Assembly (NCBI GenBank): GCA_000934665.2 | Contig: KZ538456.1 | Coordinates: 1 to 64,000, forward strand | Length of the DNA: 64,000 bases | Source: Catajapyx aquilonaris | Lineage: Eukaryota | Direction of reading: 5' to 3' | Shown here: in pieces, positions 1 through 13,227 of the stretch | How the letters are laid out: the number at the start of each line of letters is the position of its first letter | Position numbering within the stretch: position 1 is the stretch's first letter | Program-made: the position numbers and the translations under genes | Notes under the pieces: model-generated | Databases searched by the model: none | The model's input: only the letters and a program-made list of their open reading frames with translations | What the model was told of the DNA's origin: nothing

Positions 1-423
1 TTTTGCGTACACGTACTACCCGCCTTAGTGAATCACAAGGGAGACTTTGCAAGTGCCAGTCACAAATTTTCTTGAAATTCGGCGCATTGACATAGGTTCC
101 CTCCAATATGGGTCACAGGGTCATGTCGAGCAGGGAACTATAGGTGGGTTTGTCATCCCTAGGTGTGGGCTACTAATGCACCGAATTTGAAGATAATCGG
201 CGAGGTCGGAATTTTATTATTTGACCTCTGCCCCACTCAAAATTGGGTCACAGGGTCACTTTTATCAGGTAACCATAGGTGCGTTTTTAATCCCTTGGGG
301 TGGGCTACCAATGCACCGAATTTCAAGAAAATCGGTGAGGTTGAAATTTTTTGCGTTGAAAAATGACCCAAGTTGGCAGGGCAAATCGCCGGACATCATA
401 TGATGGACGTAGGCAGCAAAGGG
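1..423. mobile_element. Right end of a piggyBac-like non-autonomous element with two ~134-bp internal tandem repeats (truncated by window start)
   Basis: Two diverged copies of GGGTCACAGGGTCA...GGGCTAC(T/C)AATGCACCGAATTT at ~105-350; ends ...CAAAGGG followed by TTAA (424-427). Confidence 0.45.
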
Positions 424-981
424 TTAATAAGACTATTCGATGGGTACTGTAAGTAAGAACACTACTTGAGGACTTTTTTGGGGGGGATATCTTCAGAATG
501 TAATGATTCAAGCTTCTCTGAAAGTCTCGCTTTCCTGCATGCATAGGAACAAAATATGTAAAAACATAACTCTCCAATCTCTATTTATTAGAAAGTCACC
601 TTGTTTGAATTTGCCTTCAAACAACTGTTCTAAACACGAGTTGCCTTGAAAATTCAGCAATATTTTTAAATGTGCTGGAGCAATGACACAAAAACCCAAA
701 GACTTGAAATGTTCATGCGAGTATGGTAAACTGGACGTGGTACGTAATAATGAGTTAACCCACATGAAAACAGTTTTGAGAAAAAGGGCTTTGAAGGTCA
801 CACCAGTGAAATTAATTCAGTGCTCTTTTCAGTCTTATGGCAGAATTATGCAGATTTCGCCAGTGTGATGGAGTAGGATCCTTTGGGTACCGGTATATGT
901 TCCTGGGTTTAACTCGATTTTATTGGAACTAAGGGGACATGGGCAGTGCACCACTCTGTACGATTTTCTAAGATAGAACTA

Positions 982-1212
982 CCTTAGTTGAACTTGGAAA
1001 TATCGACTCTAAGGAGATAATCAGACAAGCCAATTCCAGCACTGTGACGTCACACATGCGTTAGAAAATATCCTGTCAATCAGATATCCCTGCAAACCTG
1101 GGTGGCTGGGGGGTAGTGTAATAAATAGGATGTCACTCAGCATTCAAGTGTGACGTCACAAAAATTGGCATACGTTTGTCTCCATAACGGAGCGCCGAAA
1201 CATCGACTAAGG
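982..1212. mobile_element. Degenerate inverted-repeat MITE
   Basis: Ends CCTTAGTTGA / TCGACTAAGG; internal TGTGACGTCACA on both arms; a related end occurs near 24255. Confidence 0.4.
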
Positions 1213-1892
1213 ACAATTCATTTTACGTTTGGAATACAAATTAACGTACTTCCCGGTACTTCCAAGAGGTAATACGCACCTTTCACATCACCCTGTGACT
1301 TTCGTAAACCCTTGCCCTTCCTAACTTGTTAGCATAGCCTATATTTTATATTTGCTTTAATTTGACAGTGGGATATCAACTGATATGATACACATACCAC
1401 TGTCATTTGCTTTTTATGATAGTGTATATAAGCACTATTTTAAGGTAGTATAAAATGATAACCAAAGAGTTATAGAACTTTCACTATTGCTGGTGTCTGT
1501 CGCGGGATCATTATTATTGTAGTCATCAAAATGTATAGCCCCCCCCNCCCCCCCCCCACCGTCATGAAGATGAGTGTGTGTGTCTATGGTTGTGGAATTG
1601 CTGAGTCTGTTTTGTTAGCGGTTCCTCTGTTTGTTGCCAATGTTTCACGCCTCACATTCAACCAGCGGTTTCGCTAGGGACGTACGTGTTGTGCAACTCT
1701 CCAAACGGATGACGTCAAGAAACAACATCAACGGCCACTACAAACAATATTACATGAACATACAGCAATTGGTTCAAAATTTCAATATGACACCTGGTAG
1801 CCCCACACACACCTACACAATGCTTGATTGCGTCACCTTCAAAGACTCACGTGTTCCAGTCGACAGTCGGCAACCCCTTTGATAAATCATAG

Positions 1893-2079
1893 GATTCTGA
1901 AAGGTTGTAAATGGCTGGATTGCAATTACTGGCGTCTGCGGCGGGTGCACCTGAGGCTTTTGGCTCGACGTGACGGGATGGCCAACTGGGACACGCGCCC
2001 TTTAGTTGTGTGTGGATCGCCGGCTCAAGAGGACCTGCTCTGGAACAGCTCATCAGTATAGAAACGTCTTCCAAACGAG
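1893..2079 (+). other. Candidate non-coding 5' exon, possibly of the BTB-BACK gene
   Basis: GC/CpG-richer segment ending in a consensus donor GAG|GTGAGT at 2079/2080; 5' boundary is a guess. Confidence 0.3.
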
Positions 2080-5000
2080 GTGAGTCATTTCCTGCTACTG
2101 TTTGCAGAAGTTGTGGGCTTCTTGGATAGACAGTGGGGAACACTTAGAATCAATCAAAAATTAAGGGGAAAAAATATTAAATTTTTTTCATATAACTGCC
2201 GCCTATTGTCCTAAGTTCATATCGGTATTATTTAAAAAGTGATATCTGCAGACAAGGTTTGTGGCGGTTTGCATTCCAACTGGCATAATCGTAGATAGGC
2301 TTTTCTACTAGGTACCGTCGTTGGTAGTTAGAGTGACCGTTGTCTAGGTCAGGAGTGGACATTCAAGTGCTTTTGGCATGTTTTGAAAACAATGTTGACT
2401 ATTATGTTTCTGGTCAACATGCACACCTGACGGAACTAGTGCGGCAGGTCGTTTGTTGTTGGATGGTAATTCGCATTATGTGTACTAATCGAAAATATTT
2501 AAGTAGGTGGAAGAGTGGGGGGTTAAAAAAATGCAGTGCGGCTCCGAAAATGATGGTAATGTGCGTGTCCTGATAATGTGCTCAATTCGTACCGGTGGAT
2601 CATGTGTGTGTATACAAAGTAGGGGTGCGAGTGGTCAGTCCCATACATTCGAGGTCTGTACTGGCCAACTGATATTGTCGAGTTTCGTGAGCGTGGGAAG
2701 ATGTCAAGTGAAGCAATATTGCAGAGTTGGCAAAATATTGAGATTCTTCCATGAAACACTGTGTAGGCTTGTAAATTAGGAAGTGATTAAGAAAGGATTT
2801 AGCACGATATTAGATTGATTGTTTTTGCATGGGCTGCATATTGCCATGGTATAGGTTAGTCAGAATATATATAAAAAAGTTTTAATGCATTAGGACCCTG
2901 TAGTGTGGACAGCGGTGTTAACTTGCCGAGGGATTATCATATTATGATTCAACCATTTTTGAAATAAGAAGCAAATATGCAAATGGCAACGGGTGTCATA
3001 TCCTCGCAGCACCTCTCGGAATAAGATTTTTCAGGCCATATTATTGATAATATTATTACCGGTACGGCAAAATTTTCGAACACCACAATTTTTTAAATAC
3101 GTGTCAAATAAACTAGGATGACAGCCCCACGGCCAGTGTCGTGAAATTATTTGTCATTAATCGAATTTAACACTTTTATGTTATTAGTGAGAGATCATGT
3201 ACAATGCAGTTTGCTGCTACATCATTAGCTTGATCATTAGCTCTTGCAGGGTGCCCGGACTGAAACAGCTACAAATCTGTCACAGTGATTATGTCAACAC
3301 GCGTCATCAATCGGTACCTCAACGCTAACTTTAATTATAACTAATTTGGGTAGGTGCAGACCTCTAGATGGGGGTTTGTGTATACAATGGCGTGTCGAAA
3401 GAGTTATTCAAGACTTGCCTTAAACGCGTTGTCTAGTAGTTTTTTTTTAGCAATTTTACGAGGATGTTTATGATTCTTGGTCGACACGCCTGGCGGAATT
3501 TAAATCCTGACCGAATTCGGCCTTTGACACTTCGTCAAAACTGTCAATTCAGGCATGTGCCCCTGTTACCTGTTGGGAAACAGTCTTCAAAATATGGCCA
3601 TAAAAACTCATATAACACCATTATTCGCTATTGTGTGCATTTTATTGTTGCATGTAGTCTTTACTGACAATAGACCTTTCGAAAAACTGATTCCAATAAT
3701 TTGTAGCATACAGTAGATTATTGTGGATTATAAGGATTGGTATATATCATTTTAGCACCTGAGCTTATCAGTGTTATCAACGGCTCCTTGTGAAGCATTA
3801 TCTGTTGAGCTCAACAATGATCAGTAGTAAAGGCCAGTATATCGTCACTGTGAATTAATTTTGCTGATATTTGCGGAAGTGATAAATATTGGTACCGCCC
3901 CTTCCCGGTCCGTGAAGTACGAAATCAGTCATTGCATGTATCAACCAGACTTTTGTAACTATGCATTGTATACTCCATCACACTCAATGAAATTGGGTCC
4001 AAATGAAACAGATAATGTCATCGGAATGTAGGTCACCTGATGGTAACGTTCAGTCATTAACTCACCAGACATCACATGTCATCACGTGCATTTACTCCCA
4101 CACAATATGTCATAAAAAACGAAAAAAAAAATTCTAAACCAATTCTTGTGACCGGCCATTACTGTTGGAATGTTAAGGTGACATCATGATTTTTCTACCC
4201 CTTCAACTCTCGTGATTTCAATGGTAGCGATACGCGTTTGTTTAACAACACTACAGAAAAAGTCTCGGCATTAGTAATTAATATTCTTTCGTGACATGTG
4301 GAAGGTTAGGAGTTGGAGTTTTATGGCAGCAGTTCTTAGTTTCATGACGTGTCCTTTTCAGTATGCAAAAAAAAAAACACTATGGTTTATAGGTCTCAGT
4401 TTTCATATTTAGCTCCTGGTAAACTAAGCCGCGTTTTAAATCTGCATGTATACAATAAACAGAAATCACAGTAACGGTTTAACATGCTGATGGGATTGCC
4501 CTTAAATAATTGACTAAATGACACCATAACAGTGATATCCGCGCAATAATTAGTCGCCACGCTTAGATAAAGGCTTCCGTTTAATTTTTTTTCTCTCTCT
4601 CATTGCTCACTACTAAACTGGCATTTAACAAATAAATATTTAACACCTTGGAAATTTTGAATGTTAGCCACAGTTTTCAGTAAGCAATTAAGTTTTTCAA
4701 AAAAACGCAACAAGTGACTCTTTGTTTTTGAGCCCAGCCATCTGACAAAAGGGGGGACCCTTTTTCACACTTTACCCAACTAATGGCTAGGGCCATCTGG
4801 ACCCCCGACCTACCCCGTCAAACTAGTATATTATACGTAATAGGTTTGGGACCAGATAAGCTGTAGTCTAAACAGTCACGTTTCAGATGAAACCCATGGC
4901 CACTGTACCAAACCCCCCTTTTCTGGCCTTATCGCCAGAACTGCTAACTTGTGGACGGATATAATTTTATAGCTGTCGACTGAGTGCAAATATTTATGTG

Positions 5001-6400
5001 CCATGACGTAATAATTCATTCCCATTACTGTACGTCGTTGGAATCAATGGTCAACTTCTTTTCAACCCAACCGCGATAACCAACCATCCCAATAATGGCA
5101 ATTTAATCTTATGGCCATTTTAAAAACTTTATTCTGGGAATGTCAGGAAACCACATTTTCAGATAAGTTTTTTTTGGGGGTCATCTTTTCTTGGGGATGT
5201 TTCATTTCGGGGGGGGTGCTTCTCTGGTTGGCGTTATGCCCAACTACATGGTATACCGGTAGCAGGAACGCTATTTTTGACGTTAGTCCTCGGAAGGATT
5301 TTTTTTTTTTTTGTTTTATTTTGCGAGAGAGGGCCTGCAGATTTGAGATGCTTTGAATGTGGGCTGTGCAGTGTCGACAGTATTGTGGTGGCAGACAGCA
5401 GATGACAATAGGAACTCGTGCTGGTATGAGGGTCGCGGATCTAATTGTGACAAGGTGATGGGTGCTGCAGTTGTGTCGTCATTTCCATATTTGCGCTCAG
5501 GCCAAATCCGGGTTGATCAGGTGCGAAAAATTTGGATGAAAAATATATGCTGGCCGAATGTTGTTATTTAGAGCTGAATTGCCAATGACTTGTGTAGGCG
5601 TGATTGTGAGGTGTCATTAAATGAATTGCTTCATAAGGCCATGCGACTGGTTAAGATAGTAAGTATGTGTAAATCGGGTTCTGACCTGTCACGGGACATG
5701 TATCACAAGCTGAGTGGCAGCATGTTGCAGAGATAGCGACTTTTTATAATTATGTAGCGATAATCTTCTAAGCGGAAATTCCCCGCAAAGAGTTTGACAC
5801 GATATCTTAGTCCATTGCAGATATAATTATTATGCAATGTGGTTTGTCTTCACTGTAGGACACTTGCATAATTTTGCATTTATTGCATAGAATTAAGTTT
5901 TTTTCCCTCCAAATGAATGTGTCAACATTATACGTCTAACTGTAAGAATAATTGCAAAGTCAAATTACCTGCTTAGCATTCTGTACTGAACATCCTGTTT
6001 ATAGTGTTTTGGTGCTTTCTAAGAAAAGATAGAGTTGTATCTCGACTTTTTTTTTTTTGTCCGGTATCCATATCAGTATGTATTTTTTTCAAGAGCACTG
6101 TATTTGTTATGGTATGATGCGCGCAGGCTATTATTATACTGTAATCAGATGCTCCCAATTCCGCATGTGATAATAATGATAAAATATGCATTTTGCATAC
6201 TAGTTGATTTGTTTTAAAAGGTGATGTGCAACTGAGCTGGTACTTTCCAAAACATGCTTCAAAATTAATCGATACTGGGAGGGGGAGTTACTTTTGTATA
6301 ATGAACGTGAGGAAATATTTCTCTTCTTTACTTTGGTAACGTAAAATGTTCAAAAAGAGAATTAGGCCTAAGGTTTTTCCTCCTAATATCAGTTACATAA

Positions 6401-7317
6401 TTCGATTTATTGATTCGGTTGTTCGTTTGTTCAGTTGTTCGTTATTTACCTCATGTAAAAGATGAGTGGTGGGTAGGGCATTATCTTAACTTTGAGCACT
6501 CATCAATATCTCGAAATGCGCAATTGCACCATCGGGAATGTAACATTGACCACTTCCTTTAAGGTACTCAGTTAAGTTGAGGATTTGTAGAATATGTGCA
6601 AACATGTCTTATGTGAACACTTTTTTTCCTATACTCGTAACAGTTTATGAAGGAATCGTCATATTCCTTTTCAGAAGCATATTTTGATCGTCGAATATAG
6701 CTGTATATGAACTGTTGATATCCAGTCGGTATTTTTTAATGCAACGTAACATGCAGATATCCTAATCTGGGGCGCCATTCATATGCCTCCATCTCATTTA
6801 AAAATGGCAAAACGAAGACAAATCTAACAACTCGTTGCAACCGCAACGTTTTTTTGAATGGGTCAGAGGTCCTAGGGATAAAATGTACAATGAAGCGCAT
6901 ATCGTTGCAAATCTGTTCCAGTAATGGGAATAAACGTGTTTATTTGGGTTATCCTGTAAACAAACCCGCATTTCATCCCCCAGTAATTGCCGGTTTTATA
7001 TGACATATAATTATCAGTATTGTATGGCATTATTGCAAACATGATAGCGCCTATACAGGGTGGTCATGAACTCAACTTTCAAAATATGGGTGGGAGGGGG
7101 AAAAAACATGAACACCCTGTATATAAAAGGCACGGACTTCATTTTTTTTTTTACAATGTTACAGACCTGTACAAAACTTACGTCAGACTTGCGACAATTT
7201 TCTACGTGTATAATCTTGCGCAAAGGGACGGTCACACGTATTTTGACGATAAATGCTCCAAAATACTTCATTCGACAAAGACATCACCCCTGACGCATAT
7301 GGTAGAAAAAAAGCCCT
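6401..7317 (-). mobile_element. Probable retroposed insertion bounded by a 20-bp direct repeat
   Basis: TCCTAATATCAGTTACATAA at 6381-6400 and 7318-7337; T-rich simple-repeat tail at the left end. Confidence 0.45.
7056..7119. mobile_element. 64-bp Tc1/mariner-type MITE
   Basis: TA|CAGGGTGGTCATG ... CATGAACACCCTG|TA. Confidence 0.6.
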
Positions 7318-8136
7318 TCCTAATATCAGTTACATAAATTACTTCGGTGATTAGCACTGAGTCACTCCTACATACACCTTACCACCCACTGGATATATTA
7401 ATCTTTTCATTAGTTTACTCAGCCAATTCAGATTAAGAAGACCTTGTACCGATGTAGTTAGTTTTTTTCCTTATAATTATCAACATAACCCGCATTTTGA
7501 AAGCGTGTCTTGTGCTAGGGTCTTGTGCTTACTGGGTCCCTCATTGGTTCAAGATATTCCCCCCACATGTGACATCCACTGGCGCAACTCCCGTAGCGCT
7601 CTCTGTGGGCCATACCAGTGACTATAGGTGGAGCGCCACCCTATAAAAATGTGTAGCTTGGCGCAGATCAATATTGTTCCCTGGGCGTTTGGTAACACAA
7701 AAGGGCAACTAGTAGGGGTTGTGACACTGACATGAGAAGCAGGTGATGGCTGTAGGTGCAGGTAGGGTGTTGTCCTTTTTTATGTCGTTAAAAAGGGGTC
7801 GGGGCGTTGTTGCTGAAGATATTATTGTGGTGTCTGTGATAGTTGCTGGGCTGGGGCTAATTGTGTCTTTATGGATTTCCTGTTAGTGATAAATGTGCTT
7901 TTGCAGGTATCGACGGTGCTATGGGTTCTGCCAGTGGGTTTGACTCTCTGCAGACTCAGGAGTGCAGGTGGGTACATTGTTGTTGAGTGTGGTACATGGT
8001 GTCTCATGATGAGAAAGAAGCATTGGGACGCAAATGTGTTCATGTGCGTGGTAACAGCTGCTTCTGACATAATAAAATTAAATATATTGTTTAATATGAG
8101 CCTGGTTGTTCATTGATTTTATTACCAAGGCAGAGT

Positions 8137-8271
8137 GTACTATCGGTCTCAATTAGTTTTGGCCACTTTATCCTGGTCTTGAAGCAATCCTTCGCACAGG
8201 CCCCACGCCTGTACGAAGGATTGCTTCAAGACCAGGATAAAGTGGCCGAAACTAATTGAGACCGATAGTAC
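8137..8271. mobile_element. Palindromic hairpin element, GTACTAT-end group
   Basis: Near-perfect foldback GTACTATCGGTCTCAATTAG...CTAATTGAGACCGATAGTAC with a short loop. Confidence 0.75.
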
Positions 8272-8834
8272 CTGGAGTATAATGTCATACCAGTACAGTA
8301 ATGTGCTGTAGTGAAAATAATTTATCAATGCATTTAATGTCACGATAATGCCTCCTGATTAGTTTTTATGATTGATCGTCTTCACAAAGTAAACTAAGCA
8401 GGTGTTGTATAAATATTTTGGTTGCAACAACCTCATTATCGATGTGTATAGGTTACGGAAGTAGCGTTTCTACAGTATATCGGCTATTGTATTAACCTCT
8501 AGATAAAAACTGTCTAGTACCTTACTACATGTAATGGATTCTGCTTGAAGAATTAGTAGTATCAGTAGAAGATAATTGCACGCCTTACTTGATCAATATT
8601 TGTACAACATTCGTTTGTTGATATGTATTTTACTCAACTTTACATTATTCATAGGAATAAACCTATAGGGTATATTCTGCCTGCGAGTGGTTTGGGTCAT
8701 ATTACGCGAACAATAATTCATAAATAAGTTACGACTTACGTCACGAGTCATTTAGCCCCCTACGCCGCTTTTCAGACTAGCAAGGCAGTTCCATTCGGTC
8801 TTTAAAACCAAATGCGAATTACGTAACATCATGA

Positions 8835-8902
8835 ATGAATAAAACAGAGTTTAGCCAGATAACCCCTGACCAAAGACTGGAGAAACATTTAACTGAGTAC
8901 TG
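8835..8902 (+). CDS. BTB-BACK domain protein (Axundead/BTBD6-like), coding exon 1 of 3
   Basis: ATG 8835 (in-frame TGA just upstream) gives MNKTEFSQITPDQRLEKHLTEY; phase-2 donor at 8903 (an alternative in-phase donor lies at 8897) joins exon 2 in frame; upstream acceptor TTTTCAG ends at 8775. Confidence 0.6.
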
Positions 8903-8951
8903 GTACATACATCCGCGTATTAATTACTGTGGTATTGTGATGTCTTTTTAG

Positions 8952-9134
8952 GCAAGGAGATAAAAACGCAAGTTTTACACTGCTAGTCCGTGGAGCAGCG
9001 AAGCCATTTCAAGTGAATCAGAATACATTAGGTGCATGCAGCGAGTACTTCCGAGCCGTCATGAAGTACAACGAGAAGGAAGGTTTTGCATACGTCGATG
9101 ACGTAGATCCTGAAGCCTTCGCTAAGCTTCTTTT
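8952..9134 (+). CDS. BTB-BACK domain protein, coding exon 2 (BTB/POZ N-terminal half)
   Basis: TTTTTAG acceptor and GTAAGT donor; translates SFTLLVRGAAKPFQVNQNTLGACSEYFRAVMKY...VDDVDPEAFAKLL, a BTB signature (LxxxSxYFxA; DVDPEAFxxLL). Not in the ORF track. Confidence 0.85.
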
Positions 9135-9252
9135 GTAAGTATTCAGTCTTTGCTTGGCATCAATCGAGTTAAAGGTAGACACTGTTGCATCATCTGATAA
9201 CATCAGCATAACTGGTGCGATTAAATGCTGATTAGCAACCAATCTTTTCCAG

Positions 9253-9991
9253 ATTGAATGGCGGGAAGGAAGTGGATCTTGTGTCAGTGACCGACACCCT
9301 GGCTACCCTACACACCGGTGTCAAATGCCTGTATCCAGATTTGGTCCAGCTATGTTGTGACTACCTGAAGACACACCTGTCACCTGACAATGTCCTCAGA
9401 GTCTTGCATGAGGTTCATCCCTACTGTTTGGACTCTGAGGATGACCAGCCCAGTGCTCCTCCTGTACCGCTGTTAGCCCCATGTGCTGAGGTGAAACAAC
9501 AATGCTGGGCCATGGTGGATGTTCATGCTAATGATATCCTGGTCAACTCCTACGTCACCGAACTGCCGCATGACCTGCTATTGGCGTTGGTGCTGAGGGA
9601 CACACTGGTGGTCAAGTCTGAGAAGGTGATCTTCAAAGCTGTGTTTCAATGGGCCAAGAAGGAGTGCAATCGTTGTGATCTGGACCCAACCAGTACCAAT
9701 TGCCGGTTAGTGCTGGGGGACATCCTCTTCGCCATCCGGTTTTTGAACATGACCTGGAAACATTGGACTGGAGGTCCAGCATCGTCCCGTATGCTGACCG
9801 ACGACGAGGTGCGATTTTTGGAGGCCCGATTGAAGAAGGAGTCGCCAGGAGAGGTTCCTAGTACTTTTGCAGTGCGTGTGGAACGTCTTAAGAAGCCACG
9901 AAACTACGAGGGCACTTCTGGAGATGGAAATAGACCTCGGGACAGAATTTTAATGGGGTTCGCACACTTTGTCGATGTTGTTTTTGGTTAA
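9253..9991 (+). CDS. BTB-BACK domain protein, coding exon 3 (end of BTB, BACK domain, hydrophobic C-tail)
   Basis: TTTTCCAG acceptor in phase with exon 2; 245-codon ORF with CCDYLKTHLSPDNVL, RDTLVVKSEKVIFKAVFQWA and VLGDILFAIRFLNMT BACK motifs; stop at 9991. Confidence 0.9.
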
Positions 9992-11025
9992 GTATGTGGA
10001 CCGGCGAACCTCAGTTGATGCTAGTATTTTTGGGACTCTAGTCCTCTTTGATTGGGCCTGTATATGGAATTGTGCAGTGATTGCACGTAATCATTTATAC
10101 GGACCTACTCAGTCGATGATCAAAATGTCACCATATTATTATTATTACGTATTATAATTATTATTATTTGTTGAGTAATAACGATATTCATTTGTACCTG
10201 TAACATACGGATAATCTGGTCAGTTTCTCGATCTTGGTTGGCACATTGGCCTAATCGTTGCTATTGTGCATGCGTTAGTATTTGTGATTTTTAGAGTATT
10301 ATATTTTTTAGGAACATGCCGAACTAAGAGATTAGTATTGTTGGATTCTTGGCATATTCATGTTTTTAAATATTGGTACTTTGTATTCAGATGAAAATTT
10401 TTCTTACGCCAACCAAAGAAATAAGTCGGCCGTGATATTATTAGTCTTCCCTATACAGAAGCACAGGGAGATTGAAATTTTAAACTAGTAGAAACTATGT
10501 ATGCATAATATTTTTGTTACGTTGTTGTAAATCTCACAGCATGTGAATAGTGTAGTACGAAAATAGCGAGGATGAATTTTTTAACTTCATTTTTTAGTTT
10601 TTTTAAAAACTATTAGATGCACACCCAGTGCCTCGTCTTTGTTAACTGGTAATTTTACTGAGAATATACTGTCCAATAGCTTACTGGCCGGAGATGTGCA
10701 ATCATGTATGAGATAAGGACAATATCTTGTCTCAAGGTAGCGTGTCATACTGTTGTACGTCAATCAGTGTCATTAACCCTGTGCTTTTTTGAAGACTGTT
10801 TGTAGCTGTATGTGGTACTTACAGCAATTTGTTGCCATAATTACGTGCATTTAATGAGGCACATGTTTTATTCAGAGGTCCAAAGGTTTACTGTTGAGCT
10901 TACGGATTATTTATTACTGGTTTGTGTTACTCCCAAAAAAGTGAGATAAGCAGTAGTGTGAGTCACATGGAATATTGTGTCATTACTCTGCTGAATGTCC
11001 TTTTTATGAGCCGCTTTTGTTGATA

Positions 11026-11031
11026 AATAAA
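11026..11031 (+). promoter_or_regulatory. Candidate polyadenylation signal of the BTB-BACK gene
   Basis: AATAAA about 1 kb after the stop, followed by GT-rich sequence. Confidence 0.3.
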
Positions 11032-12687
11032 CGAGTTGTGAGACTGACCGGCGTAGGTTGGTCAGCTCCTATTACAACCAGTGTGATCTACTGATTTCGC
11101 CCCCAGTCCCCCCACCTGCTCTGAACATGCCGGTTAAATGTGAATGACCTGCTGGACTTCAGCTGCCTCGTCCAGCCAGATCCAAATAACTCAACAATTA
11201 TATGTCTTTTGTTAATGTTCCAGAATCCATATGCCAGGTTTGTGAGTCCCATGCAATTTTGTGATGAGCTTTGCGAGTACCCGCCATCAAAGAAACGCCG
11301 CCAACACATATGTGCCTTTTCAGAAAACGGAGTGGCGCAGTTCCCATGGTACGGTGCTTCTTCACAGGTTGTGCAGGCATACGAGTGTACTTGTCAGTCA
11401 GCGTACGCATATGTGCGAACCATATCTGGATAGGGTAGTAGACATACCGAGGTTGTAGTCAGGTGTACACATTATGAATATACGTTCAAATGATTCCTTA
11501 TGAAATATGATTAGCCTACTCATAATCACAAGTATAGTTGTAATCCGATAGTGGTGACCGAGTTCCTTCGTGTCTTATGAGAGCAGCAAAATGAGGCAAA
11601 ATAAGTTCATTGAGATTTAGAATACTATGATACTTTTAAGATTGGAGTCATTGGACCGACGCGACGTCACCCTTGTTGTTATTGTTTTGGTGACTTGTAA
11701 ATGACAACAATGACGTCAGTCGAAACGAATCAATGAGAGTGCGGAATGTTTTATGCACATACCTCCGAATGCCCGTATATTGTACACTCACATTTTCGAT
11801 TGCTTTATATTACAGGGGGATTCTCTCATTCCCGAAGAAGTGACTGCATGGGAGTAATTTGCTGATAGGAGCAGGGGGGAAAACCGATGGTCCTTTGAAT
11901 ACAAACGTCCGTTTTGTTACGACTTGGAACATATAGTATGTATATGGTGCAGTTGTGCAATATCTCAAGTTTTTCTCGCATATTGCAGTCGGAAGGCAAC
12001 TCTATGCCAAGTGACTGAACAAAATGAATCAATGACTCACACAAACGGACGAAGCCTTGGGTTGACGTATTGTGAGATTTCCGAGGGAGACTCAAGGACA
12101 TCTGTCTTTCCACACATGGTATATAATAATTCAGCATTGTCGCACCCAGATATTAAAGAGCATCTGGCCATACATAAATAATTACCCTCCACCCCCAACA
12201 AACTGCACAGCACATATGGCTATTTTTTCAGGTATGCAATTGCGCGCTGGTAAAGTACGCACCAAGTGACAACAATTCCAGACTGCACGGGTAGTCCTTA
12301 CGAAGACAATACTCCAAGTGGTGTCCCCATGTCCTAGGAACACTTTTAGGGTTGCAACTCAATTTAGGTAAAAGTGGGTGGACTTGAATGATCGAGCGAT
12401 CCGGCAGATTTGAGTGGCTTAACTCCCACGCTCTAACTCTCGTCTGATTGTACTGTACAAGTAGGCCTACATGTACAGTACAGCAGTACACATTACGTCA
12501 GTGATCCTGGTGCAATACGTATTTCCGTAGATTCCTGAAGGATATAGGATGCAAGTAAGGCTATGGGTTTTGTAATTAATCTGACTTGAATCATTTTATG
12601 GGTAAGTAAGAATTTTTTTTGACAGCTTTAAAGTGATGTGAGACTACTGACTCAAGAAAAATATATGTTCAAGATATATACCGTATA

Positions 12688-13227
12688 CGAGGGCCGCCGG
12701 TTACAAAATGATTTGCAATTTATCTTTTTGCCGAAAATACAGGGGCTCTCACAGGTCGGCCGCTGGACACACATTATCGAGACAATCCTCCTGGAGCTGA
12801 ATGAACATGAGTCATGGGTGTTCCAGGCCCTCCAGGAACACTTTCTGCGTTTTTGGAGGTCAGCTCCCCAACTCCCGGACAACTGCTTACAGTCAACAAT
12901 GTCCTGGAAATGGCGTCGACGGAGGTTTTCCCCCCATGGGTGCTTCCACATCTGAACTATACTCCCCTGGCTTTCACCTGTTCGCATCCATGAAAAGAAA
13001 AACCCTTCGCCGACGCCATTTCGAGGACATTGTTGACTGTAAGCAGTTATCCGGGAGTGGGTCCAAAAAGTGATTCCTGGAAGGCCTGGAGTGGTTGTCA
13101 CACCCATGAGGCCATGACTCATGTTCATTCAGCACCAGGAGGATTCTATCGACTCTGCGCCGACCTGTCAAAGCCCCTTTTTTTGGCCGAAAAAAATAAA
13201 TTGCAAATAATTTGGGAACGACCATCG
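12688..13227. mobile_element. Mariner-derived foldback element (two inverted transposase 3' ends)
   Basis: Starts TA|CGAGGG; arms of ~240 bp are inverted; the + strand reads YSPGFHLFASMKRKTLRRRHFEDIVDCKQ (decayed YSPDLAPSDFHLF motif) and the - strand reads LRRRHFQDIVDCKQ. Confidence 0.8.

Noticed and set aside
1911..2079. ATG frame with one in-frame TGA (1971) running to a donor, suggesting selenocysteine or readthrough
   Set aside because: No selenoprotein-like motif, no SECIS recognised, and the phase does not fit the BTB exons; more simply a UTR exon or chance.
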